Part shown: in pieces, positions 28,476-39,364 of the stretch
Numbering within the stretch: the stretch's first letter is position 1
Layout: each line of letters starts with the position of its first letter
Origin: an uncultured delta proteobacterium
GTDB lineage: Bacteria > Myxococcota > Myxococcia > Myxococcales > Myxococcaceae
Assembly (NCBI GenBank): GCA_963713045.1
Contig: CAVQKE010000004.1
Span: forward strand, 288,001-352,000
Direction of reading: 5' to 3'
DNA: 64,000 nt
The notes under the pieces: model-generated
Seen by the model: the letters and a program-made list of their open reading frames with translations, nothing else
What the model was told of the DNA's origin: nothing
Databases searched by the model: none
Position numbers and translations under genes: made by a program

Positions 28476-29354
28476 ATGACGTCTCTGGACCGATTGACCG
28501 GTTTCTACTGGGTGGCACGCACCGAGGGCTACGCACGCGCTGTGCGCGCCTTCCCCTACCCAATCACCGAGCCGGGCGTGCACCAGCAGGTGCGGCGCCT
28601 GGAGAAAGAAGTCGGAGTGTCCCTCTTTGCCCGTGTCGGGAAGGACCGTGTGGTGCCGACCGAGGCCGGCCGTGCCCTGTATGCCTTCGTTGCGCCCTTT
28701 CTGGAGCAGCTGCCGGCGGTGGCTGAGTCGCTAAGACCCGGTCGCTTCGGTGGCGTGCTCCGTCTGGGCGCCTCTCCACTTCTGGTGCAGGGGCTGCTTC
28801 CGGCGTGGTTGCGGCGGCTTCAGCGCCAGCGGCCCGACATCGACGTTGCCCTCAGCGAGCTGAGAACGCCGGACTTGGAGCTACTGCGTGCTGGTGACTT
28901 GGACCTCCTGGTGGACCACCTGCCGCACGTCCCCGACGAATTCGAGGTGAAAACCGTAGGACGGTTGTGGAGTTTCCTGGCACTGCCGGCGGACCACCCA
29001 CTCGCCGGCAAGACCCCGCTCTCGGTGCGTGCCCTGCGCGACGTTCCCTTCATCGCCTACAACGCCGACCGGGCCAGCCGCATGCAGCAGCTTCGCGGCC
29101 TGGCCGCGTACGGTGGCTCGGACAAAGAGCACTACTCGGCAGACTCGGCCGAATCACTGCTCGGCTTCGTCGCCGCTGGCCTCGGCTTCACCATCGTCCC
29201 CTGGCTTGACCCTCGCGGCCCGCGCCGTGCTGGGGTGGTCGTGGAGCGCCTGCACGTCCCCGGCTCGCAGTTCCCCGTGCATGCGGTCTGGCGCCGCAGC
29301 TTGCACCACCCGCTCGTGGACGCCGCGATGCACGCGGCACCGCCCGCCGCGTGA
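28476..29354 (+). CDS. LysR-family transcriptional regulator
   Basis: N-terminal HTH 'ITEPGVHQQVRRLEKEVGVSLFAR..PTEAG' and a substrate-binding domain. AT-rich divergent intergenic region. Confidence 0.9.
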   Translation: MTSLDRLTGFYWVARTEGYARAVRAFPYPITEPGVHQQVRRLEKEVGVSLFARVGKDRVVPTEAGRALYAFVAPFLEQLPAVAESLRPGRFGGVLRLGASPLLVQGLLPAWLRRLQRQRPDIDVALSELRTPDLELLRAGDLDLLVDHLPHVPDEFEVKTVGRLWSFLALPADHPLAGKTPLSVRALRDVPFIAYNADRASRMQQLRGLAAYGGSDKEHYSADSAESLLGFVAAGLGFTIVPWLDPRGPRRAGVVVERLHVPGSQFPVHAVWRRSLHHPLVDAAMHAAPPAA

Positions 29355-29492
29355 TGCCGGCGCGAGATGCCCCGATGCCTCGCTCCTAAGAGGTACCTTC
29401 AACGCAGCCTGGACGGCTCGCGCAGTAGCGGCGAACCTTCTGGCCGTGAAGCCGATGGAGGCTCTCGGTCAGAGCTGCGCGCAGACCAAATA

Positions 29493-29565
29493 TGTCCCCG
29501 ACGGGATTCGAACCCGTGTTACCGGCTTGAAAGGCCAGCGTCCTGGGCCTCTAGACGACGGGGAC
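29493..29565 (-). tRNA. tRNA-Glu (anticodon TTC), CCA not encoded
   Basis: Reverse complement GTCCCCGTCGTCTAGAGGCCCAGGACGCTGGCCTTTCAAGCCGGTAACACGGGTTCGAATCCCGTCGGGGACA folds as a cloverleaf. Confidence 0.97.
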
Positions 29566-29580
29566 CCACATCTCCGAACA

Positions 29581-29653
<73 letters not shown>

Positions 29654-29742
29654 GTACCGGTGGTCATGTCCCAAGTTGCCCATGGCTGCAAGCCCGAACC
29701 CGCGTGGTCCTCGCGACGAGAGAGCCCGATTCCCCGGTGACC

Positions 29743-30270
29743 ATGCCCCAGGACCATGAAGCCGAGCCTTCCGAGGGTGAGGAAGAGGCGCAGGGACCGG
29801 GCCGCCTCTATCTAACCCGAGCCGGCGCGGAACGCCTCCATGCCGAGCTGCTCGCGCTTCTCAAATCCGAGCGGCCGCGCGTCACGGCCGAAGTCAGTGC
29901 AGCGGCGGCGCAGGGTGACCGCAGCGAGAACGCCGAATACATCTACGGAAAGAAGCGCCTTCGGGAAATCGACCGACGGATTCACTTCCTGCAGCGTCGG
30001 TTGGACAACTCGACGGTGGTCGACCCGCGCGAGCAAAAGGACCAGGGCCGCGTCTACTTCGGAGCGACGTTGTTGCTAGAAGACGAGGAGGGCAAGCGCT
30101 TGGCCTACCAACTGGTGGGTGCCGATGAAACGGATACGCGCGGAGGGCGCATCAGCGTGGACTCGCCACTGGGCCGGGCCCTTCTGGGCAAACCCCTTGG
30201 CGCTTCGGTGACAGTCCAGCGTCCACGGGGAGAAGTGGACGTGACCATTGTCGAGATTCGGTACGAGTAA
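29743..30270 (+). CDS. greB: Transcription elongation factor GreB
   Basis: 'AAAQGDRSENAEYIYGKKRLREIDRR', 'ISVDSPLGRALLGK'. Confidence 0.95.
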   Translation: MPQDHEAEPSEGEEEAQGPGRLYLTRAGAERLHAELLALLKSERPRVTAEVSAAAAQGDRSENAEYIYGKKRLREIDRRIHFLQRRLDNSTVVDPREQKDQGRVYFGATLLLEDEEGKRLAYQLVGADETDTRGGRISVDSPLGRALLGKPLGASVTVQRPRGEVDVTIVEIRYE

Positions 30271-30277
30271 AGGTGCC

Positions 30278-31195
30278 TTGGCGGAAACACGGGTCCACCC
30301 GCGGCTGTGGCGCACCTACCGGCGTATGGATGCTGCCTTGCTCACCGCGCAGGACGCCTTCTCCGGCGAAGAGGAGCTGGCGCTGCAGAGGCGGGATGGG
30401 CGGAGCGGGTTGGCCTTCGGCATCTACAGCCGCGCCGGTGTGGAGAATGCGCTTCGGGCCTATGGCGCCCTGGAGCGGCTGGAGGCGCGGGGGCTGGGCT
30501 CCGTCGACGTCCGTCTGGACCTCAGCGACGCTTACCGGCCCCGCATTCGCCTGGAAAGTCCCCGCTTCGAGGGGCGCCCCTTTCTGGACGTCGAGCTCCG
30601 CGAGACGTCGGGCGCAGCGATGGGTCTACCCTCGGCCTGGGCCGAGCTGCGGGTGCTGCACCTCGAGTCCCTGCTACTTCAGCACCCGGGCCGAAGCTTC
30701 GAGTGGTCCCGGCCCCCACTTCCGGGGCAAGAATTTCCCGGGTTGTCGCTCTCGACGGAGGTGCTTCAGCTGCTGCTTCTCCTCACCAAACGGGTGGGTG
30801 CGGAGGCGATGGCCCTCCGGCCCTCGACCTTCCACGCCGCGTCGGCGTACAGCAAGTACTTCCACTTCATCGACGGGCGGTCCGAGGGTCGGTTCGAGTC
30901 CTTAGCTGCCGACCCCCGCCTGCGGCCGCTGTGGGTGCTTTCCTGGGCGTTGGAACTGGGCTGCCTGCGACGGGACGGCGAGCGCGTCACCTTTGCACCG
31001 GACGTCATGCTTGCTCCACTCAGCCGGCGAGCGGCAGCCCCCTTCGCGGCCAAAAGCTGGAAGCGCGCTTACCTGCTTGGCCGCGTCGAGCGGCACGTCC
31101 TGGATGTTGCTTGCCTTCGCGCGCGGTTTCCATTCGGCCGCATGCCAGACGGCAAGCCGCCGGCCTCCTTTCAGAAGCTCCTCCGGCCACCCTAA
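30278..31195 (+). CDS. Uncharacterised protein resembling the C-terminal extension of myxobacterial deacetylases
   Basis: 'LLLQHP', 'RPPLPGQEFPGL', 'FHAA..Y..YFHFIDG..EGRF'. Start uncertain (TTG 30278 or ATG 30326). Confidence 0.6.
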   Translation: MAETRVHPRLWRTYRRMDAALLTAQDAFSGEEELALQRRDGRSGLAFGIYSRAGVENALRAYGALERLEARGLGSVDVRLDLSDAYRPRIRLESPRFEGRPFLDVELRETSGAAMGLPSAWAELRVLHLESLLLQHPGRSFEWSRPPLPGQEFPGLSLSTEVLQLLLLLTKRVGAEAMALRPSTFHAASAYSKYFHFIDGRSEGRFESLAADPRLRPLWVLSWALELGCLRRDGERVTFAPDVMLAPLSRRAAAPFAAKSWKRAYLLGRVERHVLDVACLRARFPFGRMPDGKPPASFQKLLRPP

Positions 31196-31340
31196 ACGTC
31201 GCCCCCAGGGCGTGGCTCCACCCGTCGGAGCCCGTGCCTATACTTCCGCCGCGATGAGAGAAGGGGAGTGTGCGGCGCCCGGTCGTGGCGCGGCGAGGTC
31301 TGTTGCACCCGCGGTCCACAGAGGCATCCGGCACCCCACG

Positions 31341-32660
31341 ATGGAAAAGAACTTCATCCTCGACACCAACGTCCTGCTTCACGATCCGCGGTCGCTCTTC
31401 ACCTTCGAAGACAACAACGTCGTCATCCCCATCTATGTCATCGAGGAGGTCGACAAGTTCAAGCGTGACTTGAGCGAACTCGGTCGAAACGCTCGACTGG
31501 TGGCGCGCTATCTGGATGCGCTCCGCGCCGAGGGCTCGCTGGCCGAAGGAGTCCCGCTCCCCGGCGGCGGCAACCTGCGGGTGGTGGTGAGCCACCGGCC
31601 GCTCTCGCCCGCCATCGGTGACGCGCAGCTGATGGACAACCGCATCCTCTCGGTTGCGCTCGACATGAAGGAGCGCGAACCGGATGTGAAGGCGGTGTTC
31701 ATCACCAAGGACACCTCGCTGCGCATCCGGGCGGATGCGGTGGGCCTTGAGGCCCAAGACTACGACGCTCAGCGCGTTGAAATCAGCGAACTCTTCACGG
31801 GGCACCGGGAGCTGCTGGTGCCCCGCGAGTTGGTTGACCAGATGTACAAGCCCGGCGCCGAGGTCGCGGTCCCAGAGGCCGAGACGCTCTCCCCGAACGA
31901 ATTCGTCCTGCTCAAGGACGAAACCAACCCCTCCCACACCGCCATGGGCCGGATGAGCCCATCCAAGGGCCGGTTAATCCCGCTGTTGCGGACAGTGAAG
32001 GACGGCGTCTGGGGCATCCGGCCGCGAAACATGGAGCAGAGCTACACCTTGGACTTGCTGCTCAACGACGACATCAAGCTGGTCACCATCGTCGGAAAGG
32101 CGGGCACCGGAAAAACGCTGCTCGCCATCGCCGCGGGCTTACACAAGACCACCGAGGAGAGCGCCTACCAAAAACTGCTGGTGAGCCGCCCCATTTTTCC
32201 TCTGGGCCGAGACATCGGCTACCTCCCCGGGGACGTGGAGCAAAAACTGAATCCGTGGATGCAGCCCATCTTCGACAACGTCGAGTTCCTGATGAATTTG
32301 AGCCGCGCCGACAAGAAAGCGGGCCGCGGCTACCATGAATTGCTCGACCTGGGCATCCTGGAGATTGAGGCGCTTACCTACATTCGCGGGCGCAGCATTC
32401 CCAACCAGTTCATCATCGTCGATGAGGCACAAAACCTGACGCCGCACGAGGTGAAGACCATCATTACCCGCGTCGGCGATGGGACCAAAATCATCCTCAC
32501 CGGCGACCCCTTCCAAATTGACAACCCCTACGTGGATGCCACCAGCAACGGGCTGGTGCACGTGGTGAATCGCTTTCAAAAGGAGCGCATCGCCGGCCAC
32601 ATTACGATGATTAAAGGCGAGCGCAGCGCGCTGGCGGAGCTGGCGGCGAACCTGCTCTAG
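31341..32660 (+). CDS. PIN-PhoH family ATPase (PhoH2/YlaK-like)
   Basis: PIN 'ILDTNVLLHD', Walker A 'GKAGTGKT', 'IGYLPGD', 'YIRGRS', 'DEAQN'. Confidence 0.95.
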   Translation: MEKNFILDTNVLLHDPRSLFTFEDNNVVIPIYVIEEVDKFKRDLSELGRNARLVARYLDALRAEGSLAEGVPLPGGGNLRVVVSHRPLSPAIGDAQLMDNRILSVALDMKEREPDVKAVFITKDTSLRIRADAVGLEAQDYDAQRVEISELFTGHRELLVPRELVDQMYKPGAEVAVPEAETLSPNEFVLLKDETNPSHTAMGRMSPSKGRLIPLLRTVKDGVWGIRPRNMEQSYTLDLLLNDDIKLVTIVGKAGTGKTLLAIAAGLHKTTEESAYQKLLVSRPIFPLGRDIGYLPGDVEQKLNPWMQPIFDNVEFLMNLSRADKKAGRGYHELLDLGILEIEALTYIRGRSIPNQFIIVDEAQNLTPHEVKTIITRVGDGTKIILTGDPFQIDNPYVDATSNGLVHVVNRFQKERIAGHITMIKGERSALAELAANLL

Positions 32661-32794
32661 CACCGGGCCAGCTGTTGCGGACGGGCGAGGTGCCGTTGAC
32701 GTGAGGTGGCGGTGAAGCAGCCAGCAGGCTACCGTGCCCAAGACCTGGTGGGGCTGCAGGCCGTCGACTTCCAGTGCGACTGCCCGGGGCTTGA

Positions 32795-33073
32795 ATGGCT
32801 GAAATGACCGAGCTGAAACCGTTGGTGAGCTATCCGACGGAGTACACCTTCAAAGTGATGGGCAAACAGGAGCACGGCTTCAAGGAGTATGTGCGCCAAC
32901 TGTTTCACCGGGTGTTGGCCCAGGAGGTGTCGCAGGACTCGATGAGTGAGCTTCCCTCCAAAGGCGCGCGCTACCTGTCGGTCTCGGTCACAGTGGTCCT
33001 GCTGTCCGAGGAACAGCGGGCACGCGTCTACGAGGCGCTGCACAAGGACCGTCGGATTCTCTACTACCTCTAG
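32795..33073 (+). CDS. DUF493 (YbeD/HP0495-like) protein
   Basis: 'YPTEYTFKVMG', 'SKGARYLSVSV', 'VYEAL'. Confidence 0.85.
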   Translation: MAEMTELKPLVSYPTEYTFKVMGKQEHGFKEYVRQLFHRVLAQEVSQDSMSELPSKGARYLSVSVTVVLLSEEQRARVYEALHKDRRILYYL

Positions 33074-33079
33074 GTGCCC

Positions 33080-33796
33080 ATGGCCGACCCACCCGCCGAC
33101 AGCACCGAGACCCAGGCAGCGGACGCGGCGGCGCCCTTCACCACCGAGCCAGTGCTGTCCCGCTTGGGCCGGAGACTTGAGCTTGAAGAGGACGCGCGGG
33201 TCCTCGAGTTTCGCCTCTCCGGGCCGAGCGCAGCGGTGCAGCTGGCGCGCGACATCGGCTGCCGCGTGACGGTGGCGGACGCTTCGTCAGAAGTGCTCGA
33301 GCGCGTCCGGCAGGAAGCCGAAGCGGCCGGGGTGTTGAAGCAGCTCACGTTGCTGCCCCTCAATGGCACGCCGCCCAGCTTGCCCGAGGCTGCCTTCGAC
33401 CTGGCCATCGCCGGACAACGGGTGAGTGCGCTGGGGCCGCTGGCGAGTCAACTGCGGCCCTCCCTGTTCCCCGGCCGCGGCAGATTGGTGGCGGTGGTGG
33501 CGGCCCGGGTGGGGGTTGTCCGGCGCGACCTCACGGCATGGGAGCAGGCCCTCGGCGGCCCGCTGCGCTCGCCGCAGGCCGAACTGGCCGAACTTGTGCG
33601 GGCCGGCTTTGAGCCGGAGTGGGCCGAGGCGCTGAGCGAGGCCGAGCTGGTGCAGCGCTATGGGGCAGCACCGGCGTCCGCCGCCGAGGAAGCCGCGCTG
33701 GTGGATGTGGGCCCGAGCGGGCTGAGCTTCCTTTTGGTGGCCGGGCGACGTCGAGAGCCGGACGAAGTCCCGCCGCCCGCGCGAGACCGCGGCTAG
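33080..33796 (+). CDS. SAM-dependent methyltransferase-fold protein, degenerate motif I
   Basis: 'ARVLEF...AVQLARDIGCRVTVAD', 'AFDLAI'. The GxGxG loop is not conserved. Confidence 0.6.
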   Translation: MADPPADSTETQAADAAAPFTTEPVLSRLGRRLELEEDARVLEFRLSGPSAAVQLARDIGCRVTVADASSEVLERVRQEAEAAGVLKQLTLLPLNGTPPSLPEAAFDLAIAGQRVSALGPLASQLRPSLFPGRGRLVAVVAARVGVVRRDLTAWEQALGGPLRSPQAELAELVRAGFEPEWAEALSEAELVQRYGAAPASAAEEAALVDVGPSGLSFLLVAGRRREPDEVPPPARDRG

Positions 33797-33814
33797 TCTG
33801 CTTCCGGGCCGACG

Positions 33815-34900
33815 TCAGCCCGCGGCCGCCGGGGAGAAGTCCAGCAGGCTGAGCCGCTCGGGCGCGACCGCCAGGGCCAGCTCCGAGCGCTGACCGGCCG
33901 CGTCCCCGCCCAGCTGAAAGGGCACGTCCCGGTCGAAGCGCACCTGGACGCTGGAGGCGAGAAAGTCCTGAACGCCCGATGGAAACCATTCGCCGCGCCA
34001 CAGCCGCAGGACGTTGGCCGCTGCGGCCAACGGGCTGACGACGCCCACCCGCAGGTGCATGGTGCCGGCGGTCCGGCCGGCGAAGGGAAACATGCGGATG
34101 GCGTAACCGTAATAGGGAATGGTGCTCGCCGCGGCAAGCATGGCCGGCCCGCGATACAGCACCTCGCCCGGGGCGACGCTGCACAGCGGTTGCCCAGCGG
34201 CGCCCAGCCGAAACGCCGGGCGGTCGGCCGTGTTGCGGATTTCGCACTCGGCGGTGGTGGGCCGAACCAAGGCCTGGGGCAGTGTCCTCAGCATGACGGT
34301 CGCGGCGTAGCCCCGCGAGCCAGTCAACAGCCGGGACAGCCAGCCCTGGGAGACGCGCGCCTTCAAAGCGACGTAGTCGTTGAGGAGCTGCGCGTCCAAG
34401 CCCAGACTGGCAAAGGGCGCACGCCGCCCTTCCACCGAGAGAAGTTCAAGCGGGCGGTAGCCGGGGACGTCGCCGTTGCGGGCGCGCAGCACGTCGTCCA
34501 CCATGCCGCCGCCGCGGACGCCGGAGGCATTCACCCAGGCCGCCAGGCCATTGCCGGTGCCCAGCTTCAGGACGCCGAAGTGCGGCAGCCGACTCACGCG
34601 ACGCCGGGCTGCCAAGTTGAGCACTTCATTGGCGAAGCCCATGAAGGTACCGTCGCCACCGCCGAGGAAGACGGTGTGGTAGCCCCCGTCCACCACGGCG
34701 TTGGCGATGCGCCGAGCGTCCAACGGGGAACGCGAGACGTAGAGGTCTCCCCGGGCCACCACGTGAGAGAGCGCCCGCAGGACGGCCGGTGTCACCCGAC
34801 GCGCGTGCGCGTTGAGGAGGACAGCGACACCCGAAGAACGCACCGCCCGGCGCGGGGATGGGGCGGCGAAGGCCGCCGAAGGTGCGGGCAGAAGTTCCAA
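33815..34900 (-). CDS. Diacylglycerol/lipid kinase family protein
   Basis: 'VLLNAHA', 'GGGDGT', 'LKLGTGNGLA', 'FQLGGD'. Confidence 0.9.
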   Translation of the reverse strand: MELLPAPSAAFAAPSPRRAVRSSGVAVLLNAHARRVTPAVLRALSHVVARGDLYVSRSPLDARRIANAVVDGGYHTVFLGGGDGTFMGFANEVLNLAARRRVSRLPHFGVLKLGTGNGLAAWVNASGVRGGGMVDDVLRARNGDVPGYRPLELLSVEGRRAPFASLGLDAQLLNDYVALKARVSQGWLSRLLTGSRGYAATVMLRTLPQALVRPTTAECEIRNTADRPAFRLGAAGQPLCSVAPGEVLYRGPAMLAAASTIPYYGYAIRMFPFAGRTAGTMHLRVGVVSPLAAAANVLRLWRGEWFPSGVQDFLASSVQVRFDRDVPFQLGGDAAGQRSELALAVAPERLSLLDFSPAAAG

Positions 34901-35112
34901 GGGTGGTCCGAGTCGGAGTGCCGCGCTGCGGCATGAAACCGGATGCGCTGCAGGTTTCCGGCCAGCAGTGCACCGGCCGAAGCTGTCATTCTAGCGTAAC
35001 AATCCCGGTGCCTTAGCGCCTTCAAAAGGAGAAGCAGGGGCGCCGGTGTGAAAGTCGGGTGACGCTCAGGTGCGCAGTTCAGGTAGCACCGAAGGCAGCC
35101 GCCCGGGTGGGT

Positions 35113-37093
<1,981 letters not shown>

Positions 37094-37109
37094 GGGCCAT
37101 TCACGCCAG

Positions 37110-37160
37110 AAAAAAACCACGCCGCCTCGGTCCACTGTCGGGGACGGAGGCGGCGCTGGT
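37110..37160 (-). terminator. Rho-independent terminator between convergent dnaK and the cyclase gene
   Basis: Stem CGCCGCCTC..GAGGCGGCG with a flanking A7 run on + (U-tract on -). Confidence 0.75.
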
Positions 37161-37163
37161 GTG

Positions 37164-38066
37164 TTAGGTGCGCCGGGCGCTCTGGTGGAGCTCCAGCAAA
37201 ATTTCCCCACCCTTGAAAAGCCGCACCGCTCCGGAGGTCTGACTGACCACCAGAGCCAGGCACGCGGTAGAGGCGGTAATGCCGGCGGCGGCGGCATGGC
37301 GCGCCCCGAGGCCCAACGGCACGGTGACGTTGTCGTCGGTGGCCGACAGGTAGCGTCCGGCAGAAAGCACCACCCCGTCCTCGCGGATGATGAAGGCGCC
37401 GTCGAGGACCGAAAAATTCTTGATGGCCTCGCGGATTTTCGGGTCGAGGACGTTTCGCTCCGATTCACCCAGGCCCTGGAAGGGGTTGAGCGTAATTTGC
37501 CGGCTCTTCTCCAGGACGTTGTTGTGGTCGCCAATGGTGATGATGGTGCCAATGGGGTGGCCTTCGTAACCCTCCTGGCCAATCTGGAGCGCAAGCTGGA
37601 GCAGGGCGTCCACCACCTGGCTGTCGAAGCCCTCGCCGAGCTTCACCCCTTCGATGGCGACTCGGTCGTCCAGCGAGCCGCCGATACGCATCTGCATCAG
37701 CGTGTCCGGAGAGCGGCCAATCCGGCCCGTCATGCACAGCACCAGGTCGCCCTCCTTGAAGGCGCCTTGGGACAGCGCGGAGACCAGGGCCACCTTGACC
37801 CGCTCCACCCGGCTGTAGTCGTAGGCCGGAATCACCAGGGCGCGGTAGCGCCGGCCCTGAAGCTCCGTGGCGATGGGTTCTGCGGTGACGGCGTAGACCA
37901 GCTTGTGTCGGAGTTTGCGGCGCCGGATGTCCTCGGCCGCAATCGGAGTGTCGCTGATGTAGAGGAAGTGGTCGACGTCAGCCTTGGCGGCTAATGCCAG
38001 GGCGCCGCGAAGGAACTCGCGGTCGAAGCGAGACGACTCACTGCGCGCCTTCTCTCCTTCGGACAT
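37164..38066 (-). CDS. Diadenylate cyclase (DisA_N/DAC) domain protein, DacZ-like soluble architecture
   Basis: 'EGYEGHPIGTI', 'VLDGAFI' (DGA), 'GLGARHAAAAGIT', 'VVSQTSGAV'. ~140-aa N-terminal alpha/beta domain, no TM. Confidence 0.85.
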   Translation of the reverse strand: MSEGEKARSESSRFDREFLRGALALAAKADVDHFLYISDTPIAAEDIRRRKLRHKLVYAVTAEPIATELQGRRYRALVIPAYDYSRVERVKVALVSALSQGAFKEGDLVLCMTGRIGRSPDTLMQMRIGGSLDDRVAIEGVKLGEGFDSQVVDALLQLALQIGQEGYEGHPIGTIITIGDHNNVLEKSRQITLNPFQGLGESERNVLDPKIREAIKNFSVLDGAFIIREDGVVLSAGRYLSATDDNVTVPLGLGARHAAAAGITASTACLALVVSQTSGAVRLFKGGEILLELHQSARRT

Positions 38067-38085
38067 GGCGAAACCCCAGGTTACC

Positions 38086-38114
38086 TTGACTTCACAGAAC
38101 CGCCGAATAAGACT
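38086..38114 (+). promoter_or_regulatory. Putative sigma70-type promoter for dksA
   Basis: TTGACT-N16/17-(T)AAGACT followed by GC-rich CCGCGCCCC. Confidence 0.35.
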
Positions 38115-38175
38115 CCGCGCCCCTTTTCGGGGCGGAGCTGGGCGTTTCGCCCCCGGCCGGACGAGGACAGCGGCT

Positions 38176-38538
38176 TTGAACCAGAAAGATCTCAAGCGCT
38201 ACAAGAAGATGCTGGAGGACAGCAAGCACGCGCTGCTGATGAGCGCCAAGAAGACGCTGATGGAGGAGTCGAATTTCGACACCGACGACCTTCCGGACGA
38301 GATTGACCTAGCGAGCAGCGAATACGCCCAGTCGATGGTTTTTCGTCTCCGCGACCGGGAGAAGTTCCTCTTAAAGAAAATCGAGAAGGCCCTGCTCCGC
38401 ATTGAAGAGGGGACCTTCGGCATCTGCGAGCGCTGCGAGGAACCCATCAGTCCGAAGCGCCTGGAGGCCAGGCCGGTCACCACGTTGTGCATCCGGTGCA
38501 AAGAGGAGCAGGAGAAGAAGGAGAAGTCCTACGGCTGA
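38176..38538 (+). CDS. dksA: RNA polymerase-binding protein DksA/TraR family
   Basis: TTG after GAGGA. 'DEIDLASSE' (DxxDxA), 'CERC..RLEARP..LCIRC' C4 finger. Confidence 0.9.
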   Translation: MNQKDLKRYKKMLEDSKHALLMSAKKTLMEESNFDTDDLPDEIDLASSEYAQSMVFRLRDREKFLLKKIEKALLRIEEGTFGICERCEEPISPKRLEARPVTTLCIRCKEEQEKKEKSYG

Positions 38539-38556
38539 GGCCGCGGCTGGGGGGAC

Positions 38557-39285
38557 TCAAGCCGGCTGCAATTCGACGCGCAACAGCTCGCGGCCCACCA
38601 GGAACTGGTCTCCGGTTTCGACGAAAACCGCGTTGGTCAGCCGGAGGAAGGTTCCGTTCGAGCTGCCCACGTCACGAACCACCAACCGCTCGCCGCGGGC
38701 TTTGAGGACGGCGTGGCGGCCTGAGACGAAGCCGTCGGTGGGAAACGCAATATCCCCCGTCTCTCGGCCGAGCAGGTTGTCCCCTTCGCGCAGCGGGAAG
38801 GCAGCGCCCCGCAGCCCCCCGTCGAGAAGCTGGATGATGCGCAAGCGGTAGCCTGGGTCCGGCGACCCCCAAGCCAGCGTCCCGTCCTCGGCCGGGACCG
38901 GCGGGGACACCAACTCCAGAAGGAGCCGCTGGCGGCCGAGCCGAAGCTCACCGCCCACCGGGAGCTCCCGTTCGGCCCGGAGACGCGCGAAGACACCATT
39001 GCCACCTCCGGCGTCCTCGACGGCCAAGCGGCCCCCGGAGAAGAAGAAGCGGACTTGCACCGGGGCCACGAAGGGGTCGTCCGGCAGTTGCAGGTCCCCG
39101 GCGGTTCCAGCCGTCAAGACTTCGCCGCGCATGGGGACGACCGACTCGGCCCCGCCATCGGCGCGGACCACCCGCAGCAGGACGCGCGGCCGTGGCGCGG
39201 AGGGGGGCGCAAGGGAGCCTCCACACCCGGCGCAGGCGGTGCTTCCCGGGGGGTTGGAGACGCCGCAGGTTGGACAGGTGACCAT
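38557..39285 (-). CDS. Zinc ribbon + tandem FHA protein
   Basis: 'CPTC-x10-CAGC'. First FHA degenerate; second has 'LGR..VSGRH..SSNGTF'. Confidence 0.88.
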   Translation of the reverse strand: MVTCPTCGVSNPPGSTACAGCGGSLAPPSAPRPRVLLRVVRADGGAESVVPMRGEVLTAGTAGDLQLPDDPFVAPVQVRFFFSGGRLAVEDAGGGNGVFARLRAERELPVGGELRLGRQRLLLELVSPPVPAEDGTLAWGSPDPGYRLRIIQLLDGGLRGAAFPLREGDNLLGRETGDIAFPTDGFVSGRHAVLKARGERLVVRDVGSSNGTFLRLTNAVFVETGDQFLVGRELLRVELQPA

Positions 39286-39364
39286 GCGAATTTGGCGTCG
39301 CGGACTCTAGCAGAGCTCCCCGGCCAGGCCGGCCCCAGGGGTGCTTGCGGCGAGGCTGCGGGCC

